Below, piece after piece: positions 37,666-48,284 of a stretch of DNA of 64,000 nt (positions are counted from its first letter, which is position 1; every line of letters begins with the position of its first letter). The DNA is taken from positions 340 to 64,339 of the forward strand of contig CAJXTG010000006.1 in NCBI GenBank assembly GCA_913060655.1, read 5' to 3'. The position numbers and the translations under genes are program-made. The notes under the pieces were generated by a model. That model was not told where the DNA came from and did no database searches. It worked only from the letters and a program-made list of their open reading frames with translations. This DNA is from an uncultured Nitriliruptoraceae bacterium (lineage in GTDB: Bacteria; Actinomycetota; Nitriliruptoria; Nitriliruptorales; Nitriliruptoraceae).

Positions 37666-37760
37666 CGGGCGAACTCCGGGGATCGAGGGGGTCGGGCGAG
37701 GTTCGCGGCGGAGGGCCGGCGCGGATGCCGCCCGGTCGTCCCCCGCCTACCGTTGCGCGG

Positions 37761-39347
37761 ATGGACAGCGACCAGGACGCGACACCGGCCCCCGACCGGC
37801 CCTCCGACCTGCCCCCGGGCCGGCCCACGGACCGGCTCGAACGGCTCACGGCCGGCCAGCCGATCGTGTTCGCCGGCGACCGGGTCGTGACGGTCCCCGC
37901 GGCGCTCGCCGACGCCTTCGCCCCCGGTGACGCGCTGCTCGTCGACGAGACCTCCGGCGAGCTCCTCCACGTCCCCGCGGCCGACCGTGGCGCCGCCGCG
38001 GACGCCGTCACCGCCGCCGCGGACGCCGCGCTGCTGCTCGGCGGCGTCGAGGACGCGGCCGTCGACCGGTTCTTCCACGGCTTCGCCGACCGGCTCGCCG
38101 ACGACGCGACGTTCGCACCGATCGCCGCGGCGAACGTCGCCGACCTCGACGCCGCCCGTGCCCGCGGCCGCTCCACCACCCGGCTCGAGCTGACCGCCCG
38201 CATGCGTGCCGACATGGTCGCGGGGCTGCGCGGCTGGACCGACGTCGCCGCCGGCCGCGGCACCGTCGTCGACACCCGGCAGCACGACGGCTGGTCGCTC
38301 GAGCAGGTCCGCGACCGGCTCGGGGTCGTCGCGTTCGTGTTCGAGGGCCGACCCAACGTCGTCGCCGACGCGTGCGGCGTGCTGCGCGGCGGCAACGCGG
38401 TCGTGTTCCGCATCGGCTCCGACGCGCTCGGCACGGCGACGGCGCTCATGGAGCACGCCGTCCGGCCAGCGCTCGCCGACGCCGGGCTGCCCGCCGGCAC
38501 CGTGTCGCTCGTCGCCTCCGCCGCCCGGGCGGCCGGCTGGGCGCTGTTCGCCGACGACCGGCTCGCGCTCGCCGTCGCCCGCGGCTCCGGCCCGGCCGTC
38601 GCACAGCTCGGCGGGATCGCCCGCCGGCAGGGCACCCCGGTGTCGCTGCACGGCACCGGCGGCGCGTGGATGCTCGTCACCGCCGCCGCCGACGTCGACC
38701 GGCTGCGCAGCACCGTCGCCGCGTCGCTCGACCGGAAGGTGTGCAACACGCTGAACACGTGCTGCGTGGTCCGCGCTGCCGCCCCGACGCTCGTCCCCGC
38801 CGTGCTCGCCGGCCTCGAGGCGGCCGCCGCCGCCCGCGGTGTCGAACCGAAGCTGCACGTGCTCGTCCGTGACGACGCCGAACGTGCCGCCGTCGAGGCG
38901 CTCGTCGGTCCCGGCTGGTTCGACCGGACCGTGGCGGTCGCGCGTGCCGGCGGTGCCGTCCCCGAGGTGCGGGCCGAGCCGTGCGACGTCGACGACCTCG
39001 CCGTCGAGTGGGAGTGGGAGGACAGCCCCGAGCTGACCCTCGCCCTCGTCGACGACCTCGACGAGGCCGTCGCGCTGTGCAACACGCACAGCCCCCGGTT
39101 CGTCGTGTCCGTCGTCAGCGAGGACCCCGCCGACCACGACCATGCGTGGCGGACCCTCGAGGCGCCGTTCGTCGGCGACGGGTTCACCCGCTGGGTCGAC
39201 GGGCAGTACGCGCTGACGACGCCGGAGCTCGGCCTGTCGAACTGGCAGGGCGGCCGCCTGTTCGGCCGTGGCGGCATCCTCACCGGCGACGCGATCGCGA
39301 CGGTGCGCACGCGCATGCGGCAGACCGACCCGGACCTCAGCCGGTAG
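37761..39347 (+). CDS. glutamate-5-semialdehyde dehydrogenase (ProA)-like aldehyde dehydrogenase with N-terminal extension
   Basis: ProA-like blocks seen are [30 protein letters not shown], the catalytic-Cys block [13 protein letters not shown], and [13 protein letters not shown]. An extra N-terminal region of roughly 70-100 aa is present. ATG 37761 is chosen by the GC3 onset. Confidence 0.8.
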   Translation: MDSDQDATPAPDRPSDLPPGRPTDRLERLTAGQPIVFAGDRVVTVPAALADAFAPGDALLVDETSGELLHVPAADRGAAADAVTAAADAALLLGGVEDAAVDRFFHGFADRLADDATFAPIAAANVADLDAARARGRSTTRLELTARMRADMVAGLRGWTDVAAGRGTVVDTRQHDGWSLEQVRDRLGVVAFVFEGRPNVVADACGVLRGGNAVVFRIGSDALGTATALMEHAVRPALADAGLPAGTVSLVASAARAAGWALFADDRLALAVARGSGPAVAQLGGIARRQGTPVSLHGTGGAWMLVTAAADVDRLRSTVAASLDRKVCNTLNTCCVVRAAAPTLVPAVLAGLEAAAAARGVEPKLHVLVRDDAERAAVEALVGPGWFDRTVAVARAGGAVPEVRAEPCDVDDLAVEWEWEDSPELTLALVDDLDEAVALCNTHSPRFVVSVVSEDPADHDHAWRTLEAPFVGDGFTRWVDGQYALTTPELGLSNWQGGRLFGRGGILTGDAIATVRTRMRQTDPDLSR

Positions 39348-39438
39348 CGTCGGACCACGGTGCCCGACAGGGCGCTGGCGGGGTCGACCCCGTCCGGTCG
39401 CCGCCCGTCGTGCCGGGCGCCGTGCAGGGGAGCGCACC

Positions 39439-40716
<1,278 letters not shown>

Positions 40717-40717
40717 C

Positions 40718-42034
40718 GTGGCCGGACGTCGCGTCCTCGTCGTCGGCTCCGGCGGGCGGGAGCACGCCCTCGTCGCCCGGCTGGCCGCCGACCCGGGCGT
40801 CGACACGGTCCTCGCCGCACCCGGCAACCCGGGGATGGCCGCCCACGGCCGCTGCCACGACGTCGCCGTCGACGACCATGCCGCGCTGGTGCGGCTCGCC
40901 CGCGACGAGGCCGTCGACCTCGTCGTCGTCGGCCCGGAGGGTCCGCTCGTCGCCGGCCTCGTCGACGTGCTGGCGGAGGCGGGGATCGCCGCCTTCGGTC
41001 CGGCGGCCGCCGCCGCACGGCTCGAGGGGTCCAAGGCGTTCGCGAAGTCGGTGATGGACGCCGCCGGCGTGCCGACCGCCGCGTGGGTCGCCGCCGCCAC
41101 GCGCGAGGAGGCGCTCGCCGCCCTCGACCGGTTCGCCCGCCCCGGTGTCCCGTGGGTCGTCAAGGCGGACGGGCTCGCGGCCGGCAAGGGGGTCGTCGTC
41201 ACCGCCGACCGGACGGAGGCGGAGGCCGCCATCGACGCGGCGCTGGGCGGCCGCTTCGGCGACGCGGGCACGACGCTGGTCATCGAGGAGTTCCTCGCCG
41301 GTCCGGAACGCAGCCTGTTCGCCGTCTGCGACGGCGACGACGCCGTGCTGCTCGCCCCCGCGCAGGACCACAAGCGTGCGCTCGACGGAGATGCGGGCCC
41401 CAACACCGGTGGCATGGGCGCGTTCAGCCCCGTCGCCGGGTTCGCGCTGGGTGACGCGCACGTCGACGTGCTGCGCGACACGGTCGTGCGGCCGGTGCTG
41501 CGCGAGCTCGCCCGCCGCGGCAGCCCGTTCCGCGGCCTGCTGTTCGTCGGCCTCGTCGACACCGTCGACGGGCCGAAGGTCCTCGAGTACAACGTCCGGT
41601 TCGGCGACCCGGAGACGCAGGTCGTCCTGCCCCGGCTCACCTCCGGGCTCGTCGACCTGCTGTGGGCGGCGGCGACCGGCTCGGCGGCGACCGGTGACGG
41701 CGTCGCGTCCGTCCCGGTGACCTTCGCCGACGACGCCGCGGTCACCGTCGTCATGGCGTCCGCCGGCTACCCCGCATCGTCCTCCCACGGGGACGTCATC
41801 GACGGGGTCGGGACGGCGGACGCGTGCACCGGCGTGCACGTGCTGCATGCGGGGACCGCCCGCGACGCGGACGGGCGGCTCGTCACCGCCGGCGGCCGGG
41901 TGCTCGCCGTCACGGCGCTCGGCCGCGATGTCGACGAGGCGCGTGCGCGCGCGTACGGTGGGGTCGCGCGTATCCGTTTCGCCGGTGCGCAGCACCGCAC
42001 CGACATCGGCCGCACCGGCCACGGAGGGACCTGA
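40718..42034 (+). CDS. purD: phosphoribosylamine--glycine ligase
   Basis: Motifs seen are VLVVGSGGREHAL, GPEGPLVAG, EGSKAFAK and DHKRALDGDAGPNTGGMGAFSP. GTG 40718 lies 1 nt after the purA stop. Confidence 0.95.
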   Translation: MAGRRVLVVGSGGREHALVARLAADPGVDTVLAAPGNPGMAAHGRCHDVAVDDHAALVRLARDEAVDLVVVGPEGPLVAGLVDVLAEAGIAAFGPAAAAARLEGSKAFAKSVMDAAGVPTAAWVAAATREEALAALDRFARPGVPWVVKADGLAAGKGVVVTADRTEAEAAIDAALGGRFGDAGTTLVIEEFLAGPERSLFAVCDGDDAVLLAPAQDHKRALDGDAGPNTGGMGAFSPVAGFALGDAHVDVLRDTVVRPVLRELARRGSPFRGLLFVGLVDTVDGPKVLEYNVRFGDPETQVVLPRLTSGLVDLLWAAATGSAATGDGVASVPVTFADDAAVTVVMASAGYPASSSHGDVIDGVGTADACTGVHVLHAGTARDADGRLVTAGGRVLAVTALGRDVDEARARAYGGVARIRFAGAQHRTDIGRTGHGGT

Positions 42035-42639
42035 TGGACGCCGCAGCCTGGGACGAGCGGTACGCGGCGAGCGACCTCGTGTGGTCGGCCGGCCCGAACG
42101 CGTTCGTCGTCGAGGAGGTCGCGGGGCTCACGCCCGGACGGGCCATCGACCTGGCCGGGGGCGAGGGCCGCAACGCCCTGTGGCTCGCCGAGCAGGGCTG
42201 GGACGCCGAGCTCGTCGAGTTCTCCGCCGTCGCGCTCGACAAGGCCCGGGCGATCGCCGAGCGGCGCGGCGTCACCGTCACCACGACGCTCGCGGACGCG
42301 ACCGCCGCCCCCGACCTCGACCCCGCCGACCTCGTCCTCGTCTGCTACCTGCAGCTCCCCACGGCGCCGCTCGCCCGCGCGCTCGGCCACGCCGCGTCGC
42401 TCGTCGCCCCCGGCGGCACGCTGCTCGTGATCGCCCACGAGCGCGACAACCTCGAGCACGGCCACGGCGGACCGCCCGACCCCGCCTTCCTCCCCACCGT
42501 CGACGACGTCCTCACCGCGATCGACGGGCACGGGCTCACCGTCGAACGGGCCGAGCAGGTCCGCCGGCCCGTCGAGACGGACGAGGGGCCGCGGGAGGCC
42601 ATCGACCTGCTCGTCCGGGCCGCCCGCCCGGCGGAATAG
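42034..42639 (+). CDS. class I SAM-dependent methyltransferase (TehB-like)
   Basis: WDERYA...LVWS...PN is followed by motif I AIDLAGGEGRNALWLAEQG. The ATG shares one nt with the purD stop. Confidence 0.85.
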   Translation: MDAAAWDERYAASDLVWSAGPNAFVVEEVAGLTPGRAIDLAGGEGRNALWLAEQGWDAELVEFSAVALDKARAIAERRGVTVTTTLADATAAPDLDPADLVLVCYLQLPTAPLARALGHAASLVAPGGTLLVIAHERDNLEHGHGGPPDPAFLPTVDDVLTAIDGHGLTVERAEQVRRPVETDEGPREAIDLLVRAARPAE

Positions 42640-42719
42640 CCCCCGCCCGGCCGGCGTTCCCCCCACGGACCCCGGCGGAGCCCGGCGGACCCGGCGGACC
42701 CCAGGAAGAGGAGCGCGAC

Positions 42720-44117
42720 GTGGCAGGACTCCAGGTCATCACCATCGAGACGCCGTCGCTCGGCGACCGCAGCTACATCGCCCACGACGGGGAGAAGGCC
42801 CTCGTCGTCGACCCGCAGCGTGACATCGACCGGGTCCTCGCCCACCTCGACGAGCTCGGCCTCGACGTCACCCACGTCGTCGAGACGCACGTCCACAACG
42901 ACTACGTGACCGGCGGCTACGAGCTCGCCCGCCGCGTCGGGGCGACCTACGTGCTGAACGCGGACGACGAGCTGTTCTTCGACGCGCACGGCGTGCGCGA
43001 CGGCGACCACCTCCAGGTCGGCACCCTCGACGTCCGTGTCGTCCACACGCCCGGCCACACCCCCACGCACCTGTCGTACGTCGTCACCGACGGGACCCAC
43101 ACCTCCGCGTTCACCGGCGGGTCGCTGCTGTACGGGTCGGTCGGTCGCACCGACCTGATCTCCCGCGCGATGGCCGAGGAGCTGACCCGCCACCAGTACG
43201 CCACCGCACGCCGGCTCGCCGACGAGCTCGACGACGACGTGACGGTGCTGCCGACCCACGGCTTCGGCTCGTTCTGCTCGTCCGCCGCCGCGGACGCCCA
43301 GACCGCCGACGTCGACCCGCGCTACGGGGTCGCCACCTCCACCATCGGCCGGCAGCGTCTGGAGAACATCGCGCTCACCGTCGCGGACGAGGAGACGTTC
43401 GTCACGACGATCCTCGCGGGCCTCGACGCCTACCCGCGCTACTACGCCCACATGGCGCCGCGCAACAAGCTCGGCCCCGACCCCGTCGACCTGTCGCCGC
43501 CCGTCCCGGCCGACGCGAGCGAGCTCGCCGCCCGCATCCACGCGGGCGAGTGGGTCGTCGACCTCCGCACCCGCACCGCCTACGCCCAGGACCACGTCAT
43601 CGGGACGGTCAACGTCGAGGTGTCCGACTCGCTGGTGACCTACCTCGCCTGGCTCATCCCCTGGGGCACGCCCGTCACCCTCGTCGGCGACACCGCCGAG
43701 GAGGTCGCCGAGGCGCAGCGTCAGCTCGCCCGGGTCGGCATCGACCGGCCCGCGGCGGCGGCGACCGGCGGCATCGACCGCTGGGGTGAGGGGCTCGGAC
43801 GCGGCACGTACCGCGTGTCCGACTACGCCGGGCTCGCCGCCCTGCGCGACGCCGGTGACGGACCGCACGTGCTCGACGTCCGCCGCGACGACGAACGGCG
43901 CAACCGGTCGATCGCCGGCTCGCAGCACGTGCCGCTGCACGAGCTGACCCGCCGGGCGCTCGAGGTGCCCGACGACCGTGAGGTGTGGGTCCACTGCGCC
44001 GGCGGCTACCGCGCGTCGATCGCCGCGTCGCTGCTGGTGCGGGCCGGACGTCGCCCCGTCCTCATCGACGACGACGAGCAGGCGATCACGACCCTCGGGC
44101 TCGACCGCGCCGCATGA
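42720..44117 (+). CDS. MBL-fold metallo-hydrolase fused to two rhodanese domains (CstB-like architecture)
   Basis: The MBL motifs are ETHVHNDY, HTPGHTP and LPTHG. The middle rhodanese-like domain has no Cys in the loop position (LVGDTAEE). The C-terminal rhodanese has the active loop HCAGGYRAS. GTG 42720 follows GAGGAG. Confidence 0.88.
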   Translation: MAGLQVITIETPSLGDRSYIAHDGEKALVVDPQRDIDRVLAHLDELGLDVTHVVETHVHNDYVTGGYELARRVGATYVLNADDELFFDAHGVRDGDHLQVGTLDVRVVHTPGHTPTHLSYVVTDGTHTSAFTGGSLLYGSVGRTDLISRAMAEELTRHQYATARRLADELDDDVTVLPTHGFGSFCSSAAADAQTADVDPRYGVATSTIGRQRLENIALTVADEETFVTTILAGLDAYPRYYAHMAPRNKLGPDPVDLSPPVPADASELAARIHAGEWVVDLRTRTAYAQDHVIGTVNVEVSDSLVTYLAWLIPWGTPVTLVGDTAEEVAEAQRQLARVGIDRPAAAATGGIDRWGEGLGRGTYRVSDYAGLAALRDAGDGPHVLDVRRDDERRNRSIAGSQHVPLHELTRRALEVPDDREVWVHCAGGYRASIAASLLVRAGRRPVLIDDDEQAITTLGLDRAA

Positions 44118-44122
44118 CGGCC

Positions 44123-44839
44123 TCAGCCGTCCGCCGGCAGCCCGACCCACCGGTGGGCGCCGTCGGCGGTGACCTCACGCTTGAAGACCGGCACCCGCTG
44201 CTTGATCGCCTCGAGCGCGGCCCGGCAGGCGGCGAACGCGTCCTCCCGGTGGGCGGACGACGCGGCGACGAGGATCGTGTGGGCGCCGACGGCGAGGTCA
44301 CCGAGCGCGTGCAGCAGCGCGAGCCGGCGCACCGCCGGATGCGCGGCACGCACCTCGTCGGCGATGCGGGCGAGCTCGCGCGCGGCCATCGGCTCGTAGG
44401 CGGAGTACTCGAGGCGGACGACGCCCGGCGTGCCGTCGTCGGCATGGTCGCGCACCGTCCCGAGGAACGACACGACGGCCCCGACGTCGGACGCGCCCAG
44501 CCGCGCCAGCGTCCCCTCGACGTCGAGCGGGCCGTGCACCAGCCCGGTGATCGTCCCCGGATCGGCGCCCGCGCCGTCCGCTGCGCCGTCGTCGGATCCG
44601 CCGGCGACGGGAGGCAGGAGCGCCACCTCGGCGTCGGGACGCAGCCGGACCGCGTCGTCGGCGACCTCGAGGTCGACGGTGACGGCGACGCGGGGCAGCA
44701 GCGACGCGAGCGACGGATGCGCGGCGGCGACGGCGCGCCGCAGCAGCCCGACGTCGGCGTCGTCGGGGAGCTCCACGACGAGCGTCGTCAGGCCGGCGCG
44801 CTCCGCGAGCCCACCGAACGTGCGCACCTCGAGCCGCAT
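44123..44839 (-). CDS. fused MoaD-MoaE molybdopterin synthase (MoaX-like)
   Basis: The N-terminal 85 aa or so are ThiS/MoaD-like and end LLPPVAGG. A linker follows, then a MoaE-like domain (AVVSFLGTVRDH...LEYSAYEPMA...ILVAASSAHREDAF.AC...IKQRVPVFK). Confidence 0.85.
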   Translation of the reverse strand: MRLEVRTFGGLAERAGLTTLVVELPDDADVGLLRRAVAAAHPSLASLLPRVAVTVDLEVADDAVRLRPDAEVALLPPVAGGSDDGAADGAGADPGTITGLVHGPLDVEGTLARLGASDVGAVVSFLGTVRDHADDGTPGVVRLEYSAYEPMAARELARIADEVRAAHPAVRRLALLHALGDLAVGAHTILVAASSAHREDAFAACRAALEAIKQRVPVFKREVTADGAHRWVGLPADG

Positions 44840-44920
44840 CCCACCCCTCGTCCCCGGCGGTCGTCCGACCGTGCCGGGGGAGCCGGAGCGTAGGCTCCGC
44901 GACCGATCCGGAGGCAGGAC

Positions 44921-45322
44921 ATGGACACCACCGCACTGCAGGTCACGCTCGACGGCGGGATCGACACCGCCGGCGCGACCGTCCGTGAGGCGCTGCGCGC
45001 CGAGGGCTTCGGGGTCCTCACCGAGATCGACGTGGAGGCGACCCTGCGCACGAAGCTCGGTGACGGGGAGGCCGACGAGGTCGGGCCGACCCGGATCCTC
45101 GGGGCGTGCAACCCGGTGCTGGCGCACCGGGCGCTGATGACGGAGCGGGACGTCGCGATGCTGCTGCCGTGCAACGTCGTGCTGCGCGAGCGCGACGGGC
45201 GTACGGAGGTGACCATCGCCGACCCGGGCGACATGGTCGCGATGGCGGGCGAGTCGCTCAGCGACGTCGCGCGCGACGCGCGGGAACGGCTGGCGCGCGT
45301 CACGGCGGCGCTGGCCGGCTGA
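44921..45322 (+). CDS. DUF302 domain protein
   Basis: The pattern EGFGVLTEIDV...ILGACNP..A...........LLPCNVVL is typical of DUF302. Confidence 0.85.
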   Translation: MDTTALQVTLDGGIDTAGATVREALRAEGFGVLTEIDVEATLRTKLGDGEADEVGPTRILGACNPVLAHRALMTERDVAMLLPCNVVLRERDGRTEVTIADPGDMVAMAGESLSDVARDARERLARVTAALAG

Positions 45323-45355
45323 CGGCCGCCGGGCCGAGGACGGCCCGGGGGAGGG

Positions 45356-45523
45356 TCAGCGGGTCTCGCGGAAGATGACGTGCCGGCGCAGGACCGGGTC
45401 GTACTTCTTCAGCTCGATCCGGCCGGTCGTGTTCCGCCGGTTCTTCTTGGTCGTGTAGGCCGCGCCGGTGCCCTCCGTCGAGCGGAGGGTGATGACCGGG
45501 CGGATGTCGTCCTTCTTCGCCAT
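45356..45523 (-). CDS. rpmG: 50S ribosomal protein L33 (Cys-less form)
   Basis: This gene is absent from the ORF track (55 aa). The hand translation is [55 protein letters not shown]. Its ATG shares one nt with the rpmB stop. Confidence 0.9.
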   Translation of the reverse strand: MAKKDDIRPVITLRSTEGTGAAYTTKKNRRNTTGRIELKKYDPVLRRHVIFRETR

Positions 45524-45759
45524 CAGACCTTCTCCCCGCGAGCGCGCAGCTCCTTGACGACCGCGTCGATCCCGCGCCGGTCGATGGTCTTGATGCCCTT
45601 CGCCGACACGGTCAGCGTGACGTGCCGCTGCTCACTGGGGACCCAGTAGCGCTTCGTCTGCACGTTCACCTCGAACCGCCGCTTCGTGCGACGGTGCGAG
45701 TGGGAGATGTTGTTGCCGGAGCGGCCGACCGCACCGGTCACCTGACAGCGTCGAGCCAT
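45523..45759 (-). CDS. rpmB: 50S ribosomal protein L28
   Basis: The product [34 protein letters not shown]... is 78 aa. It is the C-terminal part of ORF 45523..45990. Confidence 0.93.
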   Translation of the reverse strand: MARRCQVTGAVGRSGNNISHSHRRTKRRFEVNVQTKRYWVPSEQRHVTLTVSAKGIKTIDRRGIDAVVKELRARGEKV

Positions 45760-46019
45760 GACGGACCCCATCGTGTGGGAACAGGACGGCGGCCCGCGGA
45801 GGGCCGCCTGGAGTGGTCGGACGATACCACCGGGCCGCACAGCCCCGCCACCCGGGTCCGGGGCGGGTCCGGGGCGGGCACGGCGGGCCGTCCGGCGACC
45901 CGTTGCCGAGCGGTGCCCCGCTCCCGTACCCTGCGGGGCCGGCCGACGGTCCGTCCGTCGGCCGCCGCCGTCCCCGCGCCCCTCGCGCACGCCCCGGGAC
46001 GCTCGAAGAGGAGCGCACG

Positions 46020-46268
46020 ATGAAGTCCGAGACCCACCCCGAGTACCGGCCGGTCGTCTTCCGCGACCGCTCCGCCGACTTCGCGTTCCTGACGCGTTCG
46101 ACCGCGACGCCGCGGGAGACGATCGAGTGGGAGGACGGCAACACCTACCCGGTCGTCGACGTCGAGGTGTCCTCCGCCAGCCACCCGTTCTACACGGGCA
46201 AGGCGCACCTGGTCGACGCCGCCGGTCGCATCGAGAAGTTCAACCGCAAGTACGGCAAGCGCTCCTGA
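46020..46268 (+). CDS. rpmE2: 50S ribosomal protein L31 type B
   Basis: The sequence [16 protein letters not shown]...HPFYTGK......[11 protein letters not shown] has no CxxC motif. ATG 46020 follows GAGGAG. Confidence 0.92.
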   Translation: MKSETHPEYRPVVFRDRSADFAFLTRSTATPRETIEWEDGNTYPVVDVEVSSASHPFYTGKAHLVDAAGRIEKFNRKYGKRS

Positions 46269-46278
46269 CCGCCGGGCG

Positions 46279-47304
46279 GTGACCGACCAGCCGCTCGCCA
46301 CCCCGGTCGACCTGCGGGGTCGTCCCCTCCGCGACCTGCGCGTCTCGGTCACCGACCGCTGCAACCTGCGCTGCCGCTACTGCATGCCGCGCGAGGTGTT
46401 CGGCGCGGACTTCCCGTTCCTCGAGCGGGACGAGCTGCTCAGCTTCGAGGAGCTCGAACGACTCGTCCGCGTGTTCGTCACCCTCGGGGTGCGCAAGATC
46501 CGTCTGACCGGCGGCGAGCCGCTCCTGCGGCGCGACCTGCCCGACCTCGTCCGCCGGCTGGCCGACGTCGACGGGCTCGAGGACCTCGCACTCACCAGCA
46601 ACGGCGTGCTGCTGCCGCGGATGGCCGGTGAGCTGGCCGACGCGGGCCTGCGCCGGGTGACGGTCAGCCTCGACGCGCTCGACGACGCGACGTTCCGGGC
46701 CGTGTCCGACACGACCGTGCCGGTGCAGGCGGTGCTCGACGGCATCGCCGCCGCACGGGCCGCCGGCCTCGCCCCCGTCAAGGTCAACGCGGTCCTGCAG
46801 CGCGGCGTCAACGACGACCAGGTCGAGACGCTCGCCGGCTGGGCGCGGGACACCGGGGTGACCCTGCGCTTCATCGAGTTCATGGACGTCGGCACGACGA
46901 ACCGGTGGCAGCGCGACCGGGTCGTGCCCGCCGCGGAGGTCGCCGAGCGCATCGCCGCACGCTGGCCGATCGAGCCGGTCGAGCCGGCACAGCCCGGCGA
47001 GGTCGCCGAGCGGTACCGCTACGTCGACGGTGCCGGCGAGGTCGGCATCATCGCGTCGGTCACCCGACCGTTCTGCGGGACGTGCTCGCGGGCGCGGCTG
47101 TCCGCCGTCGGGGAGCTGTTCACCTGCCTGTTCGCGGCCGCCGGGCACGACCTGCGCGCGGTGCTGCGTGACGGGGCCGACGACGCCGCGCTGGCCGCCG
47201 CCGTCGCCGGCGTCTGGGCGCGGCGGGACGACCGCGCGTCGGAGGTGCGGGCGGAGGGGGGCCTGGAGGGTCCGCGCGTCGAGATGTCCTACATCGGGGG
47301 GTGA
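46279..47304 (+). CDS. moaA: GTP 3',8-cyclase MoaA (radical SAM)
   Basis: The radical-SAM motif CNLRCRYC, GGEPLLR and the C-terminal cluster CGTCSRARLSA are present. GTG 46279 lies only 10 nt after the rpmE2 stop. Confidence 0.95.
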   Translation: MTDQPLATPVDLRGRPLRDLRVSVTDRCNLRCRYCMPREVFGADFPFLERDELLSFEELERLVRVFVTLGVRKIRLTGGEPLLRRDLPDLVRRLADVDGLEDLALTSNGVLLPRMAGELADAGLRRVTVSLDALDDATFRAVSDTTVPVQAVLDGIAAARAAGLAPVKVNAVLQRGVNDDQVETLAGWARDTGVTLRFIEFMDVGTTNRWQRDRVVPAAEVAERIAARWPIEPVEPAQPGEVAERYRYVDGAGEVGIIASVTRPFCGTCSRARLSAVGELFTCLFAAAGHDLRAVLRDGADDAALAAAVAGVWARRDDRASEVRAEGGLEGPRVEMSYIGG

Positions 47305-47637
47305 CACGCTCGGTGTGCGCTCACCGCACGACTGGGCGCGCAGGGAGGGCTGCCCCCATCCGTCCCGCCGGCGGCGCCCCTAGGTTCCGCCCCCCGCCTA
47401 CGGGAGAGGCGGACCGCAGCGGCCCTGCGCCGCGCGGGCACGGGACCGGCGCCCCGCGCCGGGTGGTCGGGAGCCCACCCGCAGGTCCCACGGTCCCCGG
47501 AGCGCCGGTGGCGGCGGCCGGGACGGAGGTTCGCCGCACGGCGTGACCGTCGACGTCCCGCCAGCACCCACACCGCCCCGCGCCCGGGGACCTCGTGTTC
47601 GCCCCGCGTCCTGGGCCGTGGTCCGGGCCGTGCCCGC

Positions 47638-48144
47638 TCACCCGTGGCCGGTCCGGCCGGCGAGCAGCTCCAGCGCGTGCGGCAGCAGGGCGCGCACCGC
47701 CTCCAGGCTCTCCGTCGCACCCTTCGGGCTGCCGGGCAGGTCGACGAGCAGCGTCGTCCCCCGCACGCCGCACACCCCGCGGGACAGGTCCGCCCGCGGG
47801 GTCACCGTCCGACCGGCGGCACGCATCGCCTCGGCGAGCCCCGGCACCTCCCGCTCCATCACGTCCCGCGTCGCCTCCGGCGTCACGTCACGCGGGCCGA
47901 GCCCGGTCCCGCCCGTCACCACGACCAGCGCCCGTCGCTCCACGTCGGCGAGCCGGACGAGCAGCGCCGCGATCGTCCCCCGGTCGTCGGGCACGAGCTC
48001 GCGGGTCACGGCGAACCCGTCGGCGACGAGCAGCGCCTCCACCGCCGGGCCGGAGGCGTCCTCCCGCTCGCCGGCATGCACCCCGTCGCTCACCGTCACG
48101 ACCGTCGCCGGCCACCCGCCCGCCGGCCCACGCTCCGCCGCCAT
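47638..48144 (-). CDS. mog: MogA/MoaB family molybdenum cofactor biosynthesis protein
   Basis: The MoCF_biosynth pattern is VVTVSDG ... [18 protein letters not shown] ... LPGSPKGA. Confidence 0.88.
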   Translation of the reverse strand: MAAERGPAGGWPATVVTVSDGVHAGEREDASGPAVEALLVADGFAVTRELVPDDRGTIAALLVRLADVERRALVVVTGGTGLGPRDVTPEATRDVMEREVPGLAEAMRAAGRTVTPRADLSRGVCGVRGTTLLVDLPGSPKGATESLEAVRALLPHALELLAGRTGHG

Positions 48145-48284
48145 CTCGCCCCCGTGTCCGGACCCGTCGCGAGCAGCGTAGGCACGGCGGATGCGCGCAC
48201 CGTCCCCCCCGATGCGCCATGCTCCGACCCGGACCGCCGGACGGCGGGCCGCGGCGAGCCCGACCCGGCCGGCCAGGAGGCACG

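Noticed and set aside
37560-37760. Longer start (track 37560, or ATG 37725) for the ProA-like gene.
   Set aside because: The upstream part overlaps the regulator gene on the other strand, and from 37666 to 37760 it has low GC3. The coding signature begins at ATG 37761.
45760-46019. Zur box between rpmB and rpmE2.
   Set aside because: No AT-rich palindrome of the TGAAAATGATTTTCA type is present. The region is uniformly GC-rich, so the Zur idea is kept only as a question.
47301-47546. 81-aa ORF in the moaA-mog gap.
   Set aside because: GC3 is about 82% with rare codons, no RBS, no motifs, and the start overlaps the moaA stop. It is treated as non-coding, and the gap is reported as unexplained.
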